This document shows, one piece after another, positions 13,832 to 26,553 of a stretch of 64,000 bases of DNA. Source of the DNA: Octopus vulgaris (taxonomy: Eukaryota). Position numbers and translations under genes: made by a program. The notes under the pieces were generated by a model. It saw only the letters and a list, made by a program, of their open reading frames with translations. It did not search any database and was not told where the DNA came from. The number at the start of each line of letters is the position of its first letter. Within the stretch, counting starts at the first letter, position 1. The DNA lies in NCBI GenBank assembly GCA_951406725.2, contig OX597833.1, positions 55,490,001-55,554,000 of the forward strand, written 5' to 3'.

Positions 13832-14230
13832 TCTATATATATATAAAGCTGAAGTTGTCTGTGTATGGCAGGTTTGGTAACCTTCAACTAACACTATCTT
13901 CTCCAAGACCCTATGGCGCAAGTTGACCAAAATTGAGAGTATGATAGAAGAAGGCTTGCTCTTCCTTCTGTAGAAGAAAAAATTTAAATAGGACCATGCT
14001 AACACCAAAAATCATTTACATCAAAAAGGTGCTTTTTTTTTTTTTTATGAAAATCCCTATTTTTTACGATTTTTTATACTGCTGTGTCGCCCTTTTTCTG
14101 TGTATTTCAACCAGAAAAATGTTCACTTAAAGAGAATAACAAGCTACATAATGCAAAATTTTTTTCTTTTCCAAAATTCCAATTCTAAAGGGTCGAAACA
14201 AACCCGAGCAACGCCGGGCGATACTGCTAG
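13832..14230 (+). mobile_element. Non-autonomous Helitron-like element
   Basis: 5' TCTATATAT start; 3' GC-rich hairpin cccgagcaacgccggg followed by CTAG|T; inverted copy at 21159-21552. Confidence 0.7.
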
Positions 14231-14396
14231 TAAGGAAATAAAACTATATTTCAGAAATTTCAATGCTTCCATTACTTACTACCACCACCACCACCACCAC
14301 TATCATCATCATCATCGTCATCATCGTCATCTGTAACATTGCTTTATCTTTGTGACAAAACCAATTTAATTTAGTCGTTTTCTTTACTTATTGCAG

Positions 14397-14520
14397 AATG
14401 TTGTTGTAGAGCATGTCCGTATGGTCATTGACCTCCTGTGTAAAGATATTAAAAGTGCATACGAACCTCTCTGGGAAATGCCGTGTCACACAAGAATACT
14501 GAAAGATGCTTTAATGGAAA
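14397..14520 (+). CDS. NUGGC: Internal coding exon of the same gene
   Basis: Pyrimidine tract plus ttgcag acceptor; gtaagt donor at 14521; 124 nt, phase 0-1. Open peptide NVVVEHVRMVIDLLCKDIKSAYEPLWEMPCHTRILKDALME. Phases match both neighbouring exons. Confidence 0.75.
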
Positions 14521-14699
14521 GTAAGTTACAAATGTAATCGCTTTTAATTCCTCCTCCACTTCTAACCATCTCTAACCTCATCTCTCTTTTTCTCTCCATC
14601 TGTCTGTATGTCTGTGTGTATACAAGCACATACCATACACATATATATATACACAGACATATATATGTGTGCAAGTGTATGTGTATATATAAATATATA

Positions 14700-14900
14700 C
14701 ATACATATATATAAATACACACATACATACATATTTATATATACATATAAAATATACACACTCACATACATATTTATATATACATATAAAATATACACAC
14801 TCACATACATATTTATATATACATATAAAATATACACATTCACATACATATTTATATATACATATAAAATATACACACTCACATATAAATACATACACAC
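14700..14900. repeat. 39-bp AT-rich tandem repeat, about 4 units
   Basis: acatacatatttatatatacatataaaatatacacactc repeated. Confidence 0.85.
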
Positions 14901-14914
14901 ACATATATATTTGT

Positions 14915-15126
14915 GTACTCTTTACTCTCTTTTACTCTTTTGCTTGTCTCAGTCATTTGACTGTGGCCATGCTGGAGCACTGCCTCTTAGTCGAGCAAAT
15001 CGACCCCAGGACTTAGTACTTATTCTATCAGTCTCTTTTGCTCAACCACTAAGTTATGGGGATGCAAACACACCAGCATCAGTTGTCAAGCAATGTTGGA
15101 GGGACAAACACAGTACACACACACAC

Positions 15127-15159
<33 letters not shown>

Positions 15160-15320
15160 GATACATATATACGATGGGCTTCTTTCAGTTTCCGTCTACT
15201 AAATCCACTCACAAAGCTTTGGTCGGCCTGAGGCTATAGTAGAAGACGCTTGCCCAAGGTGCCACGCAGTGGGACTGAACCCGGAACCATGTGGTTGGTA
15301 AGCAAGCCACTCCTGCACCT
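14915..15320 (-). mobile_element. SINE family A
   Basis: Reverse-complement match. Confidence 0.85.
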
Positions 15321-15698
15321 ATATATATATATATATATATACAAACATACATACATATAAATATACACACACACATATATGTATATATTTGTGTGTGTAT
15401 ATATCTTACATAATGCAAATATTATGTAGAAAGCTGCACAACCGTGGTTTACGTCTGAAGAAAGCATTTCATGTGGACATATTGTACGAAAATGCACAGA
15501 CCATCAGCAGCAAATAAAAACCATCCCACAGCAGTGATGAAATTCCTGCATCCAGATTTCTGTGGCACCACCACTGCGGGACAATTTGCAGCTGCTACTG
15601 GCCTTCTGTGCCTTTTAGTAGTAGTTTACATCTGTACGAGATGCCTCCTCAAGATAATTACTGCAGATCTGTGACTTCCAACACTAATAATGAATATT

Positions 15699-16080
15699 AA
15701 GTAGCTTGCTTACCAACCACATGATTCCGGGTTCAGTCCCACTGCGTGGAATCTTGGGCAAGTGTCTTCTGCTATAGCCTCGGGCCGACCAAAGCCTTGT
15801 GAGTGGATTTGGTAGACGGAAACTGAAAGAAGCCTGTCGGATATATGTATTTATATATGTATGTTTGTGTGTGTGTCTGTGTTTGTCCCCCCTAGCATTG
15901 CTTGACAACTGATGCTGGTGTGTTTACGTCCCCGTCACTTAGCGGTTCGGCAAAAAGAGACCGATAGAATAAGTACTGGGCTTACAAAGAATAAGTCCCG
16001 GGGCCAAGTTGCTCGATTAAAGGCAGTGCTCCAGCATGGCCGCAGTCAAATGACTGAAACAAGTAAAAGAGAAAAGAGAA
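15699..16080 (+). mobile_element. SINE family A
   Basis: Match to the other copies; 5' end slightly truncated. Confidence 0.85.
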
Positions 16081-16327
16081 ATACAAAATTTAGAGGAATG
16101 ATCACTAAAGTGGACATCCTTTATGCTAAACATAGATGTCAAATTGCCAATACTACGAAGAATGGCAATTTGACGTCTATGTTTAGCATGAAGGTTGTCC
16201 ACTTTAGTGGTCAGTCCCCTAAATTTTGTATGTAACACAATTTTTAATCTTTGGATTTTTTAAATATGCTAAGTCATTGGTTTTAATTGATTAATATCAA
16301 TTCCTACCCTTATTATTTAATTTTAAA

Positions 16328-16925
16328 TCATCAGCATCGTTTAACATCCGCTTTCCATGCTGGCATGGGATGGACGGTTCAACTGGGGTCTGGGAAGCCG
16401 GATGCCCTTCCTAACACCAACCACTCCGAGAGTGTAGTGGGTGCTTTTTACGTGTCAGGCAGTACTGGCAACGGCCTTGCTTGAATCTTTTATGCATGCC
16501 ACCGGCACAGGTGCCAATAAGGCAATGTTGGTAACGATCACGCTCAAATGGTGCCCTTTTACGTACCACCGGCACGTAGCCAGTTGGCTGCTCTGGCAAC
16601 GATCACGCTCAAATGGTGCTCTTGGTACCTTACTAGCACGGGTACAAGTGCCGGTAAGGCAACGCTGGTAACGATCACACTCGAATGATGCCCTTTTACG
16701 TGCCACCGGCACGGAAGCCAGTTGGCTGCTCTGGCAACGATCACGCTCAGATGGTGCTCTTGGCAACGTACTAGCATGGGCACAAATGCCAGTAAGGCGA
16801 CGCTGGTAACGATCACACTCGAATGGTGCCTTTTATGTGCCACTGGCACAGAAGCCTGTTAGCCGCTCTGGCAACGATCACGCTCGTATGGTGCTCTTTG
16901 CACCCCTCTAGTACGGATGCTAGTC
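16328..16925 (-). mobile_element. Family D copy with ~138-bp internal tandem units
   Basis: ctctggcaacgatcacgctc recurs at 16591, 16729 and 16866. Confidence 0.7.
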
Positions 16926-17049
16926 ATCGAATGTGATTTTGATTTTGATTTCACTTGCCTTCGTCTTTTATTTCATTGACTTGTGTCGGTTGATAAAACT
17001 AATTCTTCACCTTTTTCTTTCTTTTTTTCTTTTTCTTTTTGTTTTAAAG

Positions 17050-17279
17050 GTATCGGAGATGCTTGTGTTCAAGTCCGAGAACTTTTCAAAGAAGCAGATT
17101 TACAAGTGCCAGAGTTTAAGATTCCCCCCAAACTCTCTGATCTGCCGCCACCGATCGTTCCTGAAATTCCCAAACTCGAATCCATGCAATCAACCAATCT
17201 GCCTTCATGTTTGAAATTCTCTCCAAACAGCAAAGAGTTCCAACAACAGTTAGTAGAAACGCTTTCCAACCAACAGCAG

Positions 17280-17311
<32 letters not shown>

Positions 17312-17904
17312 ACAACAACAACAGCAGCAGCAACAACACCATCAACAACAACAGCAGCATCATCATCATCAACAACAGCAACAGGTATTACAGACATCGC
17401 AAGCCATGAATGTGGGGAACATTCCTGGCATACGACAACTGGGTATTCCGCAGCTTGCCATGAACTCCCTGCCGCAGGTCCAGCAAGGGGCTGCGACCCT
17501 TCCACCGCCTTCACACGCTTCCCAGCAGTTCCCGCATCACCTCCAGCAGCAGCAACAGCAGCAAGTGGTTGCGCATCAACTGCCGCCTCATCAACAGCTC
17601 CAACAGCAATCACAAATGCAACACATGCAGCTGCACCCCAATGCGCCGCCCGGGATATCGTGGCCCGCCGTCGTCATCAAGAAGGAGCCCGGTTTGTCCG
17701 AGCCAGTTCGAACAAATGTCGGTAACAGCCTAGACCCCAGTTTTTCAATGTCACAGCAAGAACAGTCAAATAACCAGGTACCGTGGCTACCAGACAACAG
17801 CCAGCATCAAAGCCTATTCACTTTACAACAACAAATGCGACCTCCAGCGCACGAACGGCCTCATTCGAATCCACAGTTTGCAGCCCCAGTCCCTCCATTT
17901 CCAG
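17050..17904 (+). CDS. NUGGC: PolyQ/Pro-rich coding exon of the same gene
   Basis: Long T-rich tract plus aaag acceptor; CCAG|gttagt donor; 855 nt, phase 1-1. GC-rich island, in frame with ORF 16983-17909 ((S)IGDACVQVRELF...polyQ...VIKKEP...PVPPFP). Confidence 0.85.
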
Positions 17905-18438
17905 GTTAGTATTGTCCTGTTCCTTGTTTATCCATGGAGACATCCACCTTTGTAATTAACATTACATTTATTATGTTTCCAGGCCCAAACATGTCTGTAT
18001 AGTTAAGAAATTTGCATCTCAGCCACATAGTTTTGCCTTCCACCTTGGGCAAGTGGATTTGGTAGGCAAAAACTCAAAGTGCATATGTGTGTATGTGTAT
18101 GTATATATATATATATATATACACACACATATAAATAAATATGTATATATATATATATACATATATATTTGATTTAGATGTATTTCTCCATTTTCTTATC
18201 TTGTATTAGTAATTTGTGGTAAATCATTTTACCTTTGCCCATATAATACAATAAATGAATTGATTGCATCGCAATCATTAACATTTATGTATTAACTTTG
18301 TTGGGTACTTCACTAGCAGTATATTGGATATATGTTATCCGAATGGAGGGTTGCATTTACAACCCCTATCTCAATTTGTATATATATATATATATATATA
18401 AATAAATATATATATACATATAAATAAATATATATATA

Positions 18439-18823
18439 TCTCTCTATATATAAACGGCAGTTTGTCTGTGCGTGTTTCTGTGTGTCTGTTTGCTTGTACC
18501 CCCACCCTGACCACGGCTTTCAACCGATTCTGATGAAACTTGACACATACATAGCCCAATGTCATAATTCAAAACTAACGCAGCGAAAATTTTGAAAAGT
18601 TCCCCCAGTTCTGAAAAAAATCGATAAATTCGACATGGGGTCGAGAATCAGAAACACAAACCACAAACTGTCTAGGGGACGCAACTCCACCTTTTTTAAA
18701 TCTCAAAAAAAAATTTACCATAATTTTTTTCCATTTTTTTGCTATTTTTTGGCTATAACTCTCTAAAAATGCTTTATAGTTATTTCCCTTACAAACCTGA
18801 GCAACGCCGGGTGATACTGCTAG
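18439..18823 (+). mobile_element. Non-autonomous Helitron-like element, second subfamily
   Basis: TC start; same 3' hairpin and CTAG|T; inverted copy at 36706-37069. Confidence 0.7.
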
Positions 18824-19393
18824 TATACATATAAATAAATAAATATATACATATATAAGTAAATGCGAATTCACTGTTTACTAAGTGCAGACATGATAGT
18901 GTGGTTAAGAAGCTCACCTCCCAGCCACATGGTTTCAGGTTCAGTCCCACTGTGTGACACCTTAGCCAAGTGTCTTCTAGTATATGTGCCAAAGCCCTGT
19001 GAGTGAATTTGGTTGATGGAAATTGAAAGAAGCTTACTGTGTGTGTGTTTGCATTTGTGTTCTACAAAAGTTGCAAGTAACAAGCATATTATTTGTTTGT
19101 CACTTCTGTCAGCAAAATTGTATACTTGCTTTGGAGACATGTAAAGTAAGAACTACCTTACTTGAGAAAACAAATAAGGGAAAACAGGAAGCGCATGCAT
19201 CTGTGAAACGGTGCCTCGATAATATATTCATCTAACCCATGCTACTATGGAAAAACAGATGTAAAACAAATGATACCACATGAAACATAACACTATAAAC
19301 TAATTGACTCTGTGCCTGTATTTAAATGCTTGATATTATTTTTTTTCTCACATGTTTGTTAATTCATGTATAAATCCTGTTTACATGTTTGCA

Positions 19394-19446
<53 letters not shown>

Positions 19447-19630
19447 ATATATATGTATATATATGTGTATATATATGTATATATATGTGTATATATATGT
19501 ATATATATGTGTATATATATGTATATATATGTGTATATATATATATGTGTATATATGTTTGTATATATGTAGTTGCTGATATTGTGTTTTTTAAGTGATT
19601 TGTATTAAAATATTTCTCTTAATCTTTCAG

Positions 19631-20659
19631 GTGCTGTTCAAATAAAAAGGGAGCCCACAGATTTCTCATGTTCTACAAATCAAGGTAACCCTGGCCCCCT
19701 CGGCAGCCTCGCTGCGTTAACGGCACAAGTGAGCTCCAGCCAGACGTCTTCTATGAACACCCCTACATATCTTCCAACCTCTCAGGCCATCCCAACATAT
19801 CCATCAGCCACCGTGGTCGCTCCCCCACCCATCAAGCTGGAGCGCATGTCACCAGGTAACGGCCCTTTTAGCTGCATGCAGCCAGGAGGTCCACCCCAGC
19901 CAGGCCCACCGTCCCAAGCTCAGTTGCAGTCAGTGGCTCTCCATGGCAACCGTAGTGACTGCCGTTATCCTGGAACCAACACGATGGGCAGCTTGAACAT
20001 GTATGCACAAATAACGGGTGCACAGCAGCACGCAGCCAATAGAGGAGAGTTCTTCAGAGAGATCGACAACCTCCAAGCTGCTCAGGCGCAGGCTGCACAA
20101 GCGCAGGCCGCACAGGCGCAAGCTGCGCACCAAAGGACGTCGCCGTTTCGCAAAAGCGGGAGCAACCCGCTGAAGAACCTGGCCCTCATGACCAAATCAT
20201 CCCCGCCGTTGTTCGTAGCGCCGCAGCCACACCCCGCCGCCGTACAGATCAAACAGGAGCCCGTCGATTCGTTAATCGGCAGCCCGGCTGTCGTCACGGC
20301 CGCGGCGGTACAGCGAAACCAAGGGGCCCACGTGATGAACCCCGAACTGTTTGCGCCCCAGGCCACAGGCTTGCCTCGAGGATCGATACCGAGTGGGGCT
20401 TTCCCCCCCACCGGCAGCGTCAGTCCTGTCACACTACAACAGCAGCTGACGCACTCTCAGCTGTCACCGCACCAACAGCAGCAACAGATTCAGCTGCAGT
20501 TACAGCAGCAGCACCTCCAACAGCAACACCACATTCAACAACAACTGCAACACCAACAGCTGCAGCACCAACAGTTACAGCAGCAGCATCAACAGTTACA
20601 GCAGCAACTAGAGAGCCGGCGGATACGAAGACCATCGAGTGCTGAGAGGAGACAATATT
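19631..20659 (+). CDS. NUGGC: Gln/Pro/Ala-rich coding exon of the same gene
   Basis: ctttcag acceptor; T|gtaagc donor; 1029 nt, phase 1-1. Reads (G)AVQIKREPTDF...IKLER...IKQEP...polyQ...AERRQY, in frame with ORF 19729-20709. Confidence 0.85.
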
Positions 20660-20683
20660 GTAAGCATATTTATCTCCCTTTAA

Positions 20684-20903
20684 CCCTTTCGTTCCTGTAT
20701 TTATTTTGAAAATTTCTGTGTTTCTTTCAATTACTTTAAATATAACAAAGAATTTAGTAAAATAACTTAGTTATCATTCAGCCAGTGTTAGGAACATAAA
20801 TTGTGACAAAGGTTTGGTGGAAGATTTTAATTCAAAACTTATGGAAACAAGACATTTGTACTCAGAGCCAGAGCTAGTTTCAGCGGGGTTGTTATTGAAA
20901 GGG
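20684..20903. mobile_element. Possible piggyBac-type MITE
   Basis: TTAA|CCCTTTC...GAAAGGG|TTGA termini. Confidence 0.4.
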
Positions 20904-21158
20904 TTGAATTAATCATTTGTTAACTCTGTTTAGTGAATGATAGCTTTTACAATTTCGGAGATGTACTTGCATAGCAAGTGATTTGATCTGAGAGCGTGTG
21001 CTGGAACGAAAACAATTGCAGTGTGGAAGGTGTTTGTAAGCCATTTAAGGAACACACGAAAATATTTTGACAAATTAAACTTAAATGTTGAAGTGAATCG
21101 AACGGCTTTTGTGTGTTTCTTAAATGGCTTACAAACACCTCCCAGCTTTTACAATAAA

Positions 21159-21552
21159 CTAGCAGTATCGCCCGGCGTTGCTCAGGTTTGTTTCGACCCT
21201 TTAGAATTAGAATTTTTGAAAAGTAAAAATTTTGCATTATGTAGCTTGTTATTCTCTTTAAGTGAACATTTTTCTGGTTGAAATACACTGAAAAATGGCG
21301 ACACAGCAGTCAAAAAATCGTAAAAAAAATAGGGATTTTCATAGAAAAAAAGCACCTTTTTGATCTAAATAATTTTTGGTGTTAACATGGTTCAATTTGA
21401 CTTTTATCTTCTACGGAATGAAGAGCAAGCCTTCTTCTATCATATTCTCAATTTTTGTCAACTTGCGCCGCAGGTCTCGGAGGAGATTGTGTAAGTTGAA
21501 GGCTACCAAACCTGCCATACACAGACAACTTCGGCTTTATATATATATATAT
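21159..21552 (-). mobile_element. Non-autonomous Helitron-like element
   Basis: Reverse complement of 13832-14230. Confidence 0.7.
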
Positions 21553-21818
21553 AAATCCCAATAACTTTTGAATAATATGTCGACTTTTCACATTAAAGAC
21601 AAATGGCCTCAGTTTTATGGGGAACTAAGTAGGATGTTGTGACGTTCATGCTTTTCCTATTAATGTCAGACTAAATATTTATGGAATTTGTAACATCCCT
21701 TTACAATTTAGGTTCAAAATCTCATTGCCAGTGTTCCTCAACCCTTTTACCCTTGCATAACACTTAAAATAAAACCCATGTCTCAAGGAACCCCTGCACA
21801 AAAAAATTATATACTCCT

Positions 21819-21981
21819 AGGCATAGGAGTGGCTGTGTGGTAAGTAGCTTGCTTACGAACCACATGGTTCCGGGTTCAGTCCCACTGCATGGCACTTTGG
21901 GCAAGTGTCTTCTACTATAGCCTCGGGCTGACCAAAGCATTGTGAGTGGATTTGGTAGACAGAAACTGAAAGAAGCCCGTC

Positions 21982-22023
<42 letters not shown>

Positions 22024-22228
22024 ATATGTTTGTGTGTGTGTTTGTCCCCCAAACATCGCTTGACAATCGATGCTGGTGTGCTTACGTCCCCGTAACTTAG
22101 CAGTTCAGCAAAAGAGACCGTTAGAATAAGTACTAGGCTTACAAAGAATAAGTCCTAGGGTCGATTTGCTCGACTAAAGGCAGTGCTCCAGCATGGCCAC
22201 AGTCAAATGACTGAAACAAGTAAAAGGG
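21819..22228 (+). mobile_element. SINE family A
   Basis: Full-length match. Confidence 0.85.
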
Positions 22229-22921
22229 ATTTCTTTCTCATTTTTTTTCATCATAGTTCACATGGTAAATATCATATATACATACATATATAGGGTGTCC
22301 GTAAATTACAGACATCATTAAATATATCCCCAATGGTTGTTATATTGTTTTTGGTAACATGATGAGTTAGATAGAATGATGTCTATATTACAATACTTCA
22401 ATGACCGATAATGTGTTGTGCATGTATAGTAATATTACGGTCTTGAAATTAGCATTAGCTTATTTTACTCTTTCTCGTGGAAACCTAGGGTTCTGCAGAA
22501 CCCGGTTGAGAAACGTGACGAGTCATCATGGTCAAATTAGCCTTTCATCCTCTGTCATCATCATCATGTTGGCATGGTTTGGATGGTTTGACTGAGGCGG
22601 CCAGCCGGAGGGTTGCATTAGCCTCCAATCCTCCATTTTTGGCATGGTTTCTACAGCTAGGTACACTCTATGTGGCACAAGTGCTCTTTCATGTGGTGCT
22701 GGCATGGGTGCTTTTTTACATGTTGCTAGCACAAGATCTCTTTTACGTGGCACTGGCTTGGGTGCTTCTTTACCTGGCTTGGGTGCTTCTTTACCTGGCT
22801 TGGGTGCTTCTTTACCTGGCTGTGGCACAGGTGCTTTTTTCACGTGACAACAACACAGGTGCTTTCTATGTGGGACCATCACATAAGGAAAAAAAAAAGA
22901 AGTACAAGTGAAGTACTGGTA

Positions 22922-23286
22922 TCTCTCTATATTTAAACGGCAAAATGTCTGCATGTGTGTCCTTTATACAAATCCACAATTTTTCAGTTAGAGGGCTCGC
23001 ACTTTCTATGGTCATTCAAAACTGTCCAAGGGTGGTCGTGCACATCTTTACATTTCCCCAATCACCCCGCAAAGCCATTAAAAAAATCAATAGAAGTGAC
23101 TTTTTTGTGAATTTTCTATCGAAAACCCAATCAAAATGCCCGAAACTTGATACACCAATTGAATGCCAGCTAGCTGTATGTGATTGGTCGGAGATGTGGA
23201 CAGTACTCATGTGTATGTGTGCACGCATGCAGCTGTATATACATGCACTAACACTATGACCCGGCAATGCCGGGTCATAGTGTTAG
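22922..23286 (+). mobile_element. Non-autonomous Helitron-like element, third subfamily
   Basis: TCTCTCTATATTTAAACGGCA start shared with 18439; 3' hairpin ctatgacccggca-a-tgccgggtcatag followed by TTAG|T. Confidence 0.6.
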
Positions 23287-24490
23287 TCAATTGATATTCC
23301 TGTAACACATTTTGGATATCAATGAAAGTAAATAGAAGAAAGATTAAGATGTGAATCAGTTAAAATCAAATATGAAGACAGAGAGGCACACAGTCTTTTC
23401 TTGCTAATGACTCATGTCTTCTCTGCAATTTTTATATTGGAGGGAGATGGTATAGTTTAATCAATCAATCCTCCATATATAACTGGTACTTGCTTTATCA
23501 ACTTCCAGATTGCTGTAAAGCAAAGGGATCCTGATGGAATGCAAATGTAGAACAGTAGAACAAAGGGGCAGAAGTCTGACTGCTACTACAAGTCATCACA
23601 AGGGAGCTTCTATGTGGTTGCTGGACCTACTAGAAATAGCAGTCAAGTGTCTCTCTAAATCTAGTTTCCTCTTCCCTGCCTTTATTTTTCTTTTATGACA
23701 TCCTTTTTTTTTTATGTGACATATTTAACTTGATGCAGGCCACTTTCCTGTTGAGATTATCTTTATATATACACACACACACACACACATTGTATGAAGA
23801 GATGTAAAAAGAAATTTGGGCAAATTTGTTCTATGATACGAAGTTACTTCCCTTGTTTACTGTTTCCTAACGCTGCCAGTTTGCCATTTGCATATAATTA
23901 CAATGTAGTTCAGTGGGATAGTTATGACTGGAATGCCTTTGAGCATATGTCTGCTCATTTAGAGCTGACTTGGGTCTAAACAACAACACATATTACAAGA
24001 CATTTGGTATGGATTCCACCACGTCTCTTTAATCTGTTTAATATACTAAAGAGTGACGTTCCATTGATTACAGTTAGGTCTAACAGTATTAAAATCAAAG
24101 ATTTTGTTGATGTCCTTCTTTTAATTCTATATTATTTTCTTTATATTTATTGTCTGAATATGAAAATAGTACAGCTGAAAGGTGTTGATCATCTCCACTA
24201 AATTGGATTTAAAGTTTTTAAGGGAAAACAAGGCGTATATATTTGAAGGGAGTGGTGAAAGGGTTAAATAGTTCTGTTAAAAGTTAGATTAAATAATTCA
24301 AATTCTTTAAATGAAATTATTGCTTTTAATGTTTTAAAGATTCTTCTTGAGTTTTGTAATGTTTTGAGGTGAAACTTTGAAGGAAATTAAAATTTCAACC
24401 CTTTGATGTAATATTATAGGATATTTATCTATCTATCTATCTATCTATCATCATTCATCTTGGGCTTTTTTTCTTTCTTTCTTTGCACAG

Positions 24491-24506
24491 AATGTTCCTG
24501 GCACAG
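24491..24506 (+). other. Candidate 16-nt alternative microexon that would create a TAA stop across the splice junction
   Basis: Strong pyrimidine tract plus cacag, then aatgttcctggcacag, then gtaatt donor. The upstream exon ends in T, so T+AA gives a stop. Confidence 0.4.
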
Positions 24507-24554
24507 GTAATTTTCTCTTTTCATATTTTTCTTTTAAAGATATTATTAATTTCA

Positions 24555-25135
24555 TTATTATTATTATTGAGTGAGAGAGCAGTGCATGCCATCAAAGTGA
24601 CACTGGGGTAAAATATACAAAGCCCAGTAAACCCATCATGACTGCTTGTCTCATAAGGGTACACTAGGCACATGCATCACAACCATATGTGCGTGACATG
24701 GGGATCTCATATCGAGAAAAACAGCACATGACCTTGCAGGTGGGGCTCAGTTAGAAATTTCTTAAGGTCGAGTAACCCATCTGGCTCAAAAGGTCTTGAA
24801 TAAGGGTTGTTTAAGGATGTTGAATGAAACATCCATGGTACCAGAGGTGAATTATTCAAACCCCAAGGAATCCCTCTCAATACATGGCTATGATGCTCCC
24901 CTACTACTTCTGCTCATGATCAGAGAGGCACATATCGTCAGCCACTCAGGGACATGCTCAACTGGTTATGGTCAAACAATTAGCTAGCAAATCTGTGGTA
25001 TTGAGCAGAACATTTGCTGTAGCCCATCTTTTATACCAAGACAAAACAACATACATGATAACACTTCCAATCAGTTAAGATGAGAAGCCATGAGAGCCAC
25101 TGCCTTATACTGCATCAGGGAATTCATTATTATTA
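24555..25135 (-). mobile_element. ~570-bp repeat family E inserted in a (TTA)n tract
   Basis: Highly similar to 37305-37875, with the same ends; (TTA)n on both sides. Confidence 0.75.
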
Positions 25136-25379
25136 TTTTTATTAAGGCAATGGGTAATAGAAGTAGTAGAGTAACAACCAAAATATTGTGGTATTTACTT
25201 ACGTTCTTTTTAGTTCTGAGTTCAAATTCCTGCCAGCATTCACTTTGTTTTTCATTCTACTGTGCTAACCTACCACTTCATATTCACCTTACCTTAATTG
25301 TATTAATCTAAATCACTTGAGATACTCGTTCTGCCTTGGTTTTGCATTTTCCTCTAATATAATATATATATATATATAT

Positions 25380-25772
25380 AGGCACAGGAGTGGCTGTGTG
25401 GTAAGTAGCTTGTTTACCAACCACATGGTTCCGGGTTCAGTCCCACTGCGTGGCACCTTGGGCAAGTGTCTTCTACTATAACCTCGGGCCGACCAAAGCC
25501 TTGTGAGTGGATTTGGTAGACGGAAACTGAAAGAAGCCTGTCGTATATTTATAGATATATATATATATATATATATGTGCGTGTTTGTGTTTGTCCCCCT
25601 AGCATTGCTTGACAACCGATGCTGGTGTGTTTATGTCCCCGTTACTTAGCGGTTCGGCAAAAGAGACCGATAGAATAAGTACTGGGCTTACAAAAGAATA
25701 AGTCCCGGGGTCGAGTTGCTCGATTAAAGGCGGTGCTCCAGCATGACCGCAGTCAAATGACTGAAACAAGAG
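25380..25772 (+). mobile_element. SINE family A
   Basis: Full-length match. Confidence 0.85.
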
Positions 25773-25789
25773 TATATATATATATATAT

Positions 25790-26207
25790 AATAAAATATT
25801 AGGGAATAAATCCAAACTTACAGGGAAAAATCAGATTTAGGATTGAATCCAATTTTATAGTAAAATATTATATTATATTAAATTAGAGATAAAACCACTA
25901 TTAGGCAAATCATACAATGAAAAACTTAAGCCAATACATAAGATTAATTAATTTATATTATTTAAATATATATCAAAATTATTAAAAAAGATAATTAATA
26001 TAACACTACAATCGAAGAATGACTGTAACTCGAAAATTTTAAGAATTGAACAGCCATGAAACGATCGTAGTGTTATATTAATTATCTTTTTTAATAATTT
26101 TGATATATATTTAAATAATATAAATTAATTAATCTTATGTATTGGCTTAAGTTTTTCATTGTATGATTTGCCTAATAGTGGTTTTATCTCTAATTTAATA
26201 TAATATA
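25790..26207. mobile_element. Penelope-like fold-back fragment with a truncated hammerhead in the loop
   Basis: About 146-bp inverted arms (25869-26014 and 26062-26207) in a (TA)n tract. The loop and right arm read GAAGA AUGACUGU...ACAGCCAU GAAA CGAUCG UA GUGUUA. Same family as 2821-2965 and 27520-27700. Confidence 0.6.
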
Positions 26208-26220
26208 TATATATATATTT

Positions 26221-26553
26221 AAATTATTACATTATATAAAAGGGCTTAGTAAGATAAATTACTTTGCCACATACTGAACTCATTAGAAATAGTAGCTAAA
26301 AAAACTTTTTAAAACTATTTCTAATACTTAAAGAAAATCTCTCTCATATAGTGCTTGCTCAATTCAACTCACGAAAGTATGGGGGTAAAGACATACTTTC
26401 GTGAGTTGAATTGAGCAAGCACTATATGAGAGAGATTTTCTTTAAGTATTAGAAATAGTTTTAAAAAAGTTTTTTTAGCTACTATTTCTAATGAGTTCAG
26501 TATGTGGCAAAGTAATTTATCTTACTAAGCCCTTTTATATAATGTAATAATTT
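26221..26553. repeat. Near-perfect hairpin with ~161-bp arms and a 10-nt loop
   Basis: 26221-26381 is the reverse complement of 26392-26553. Confidence 0.9.

Noticed and set aside
17116-17725. Overlapping Ala/Val/Thr-rich ORFs in other frames
   Set aside because: Shadow frames of the CAG/CAA repeats; only the polyQ frame fits the splice phases.
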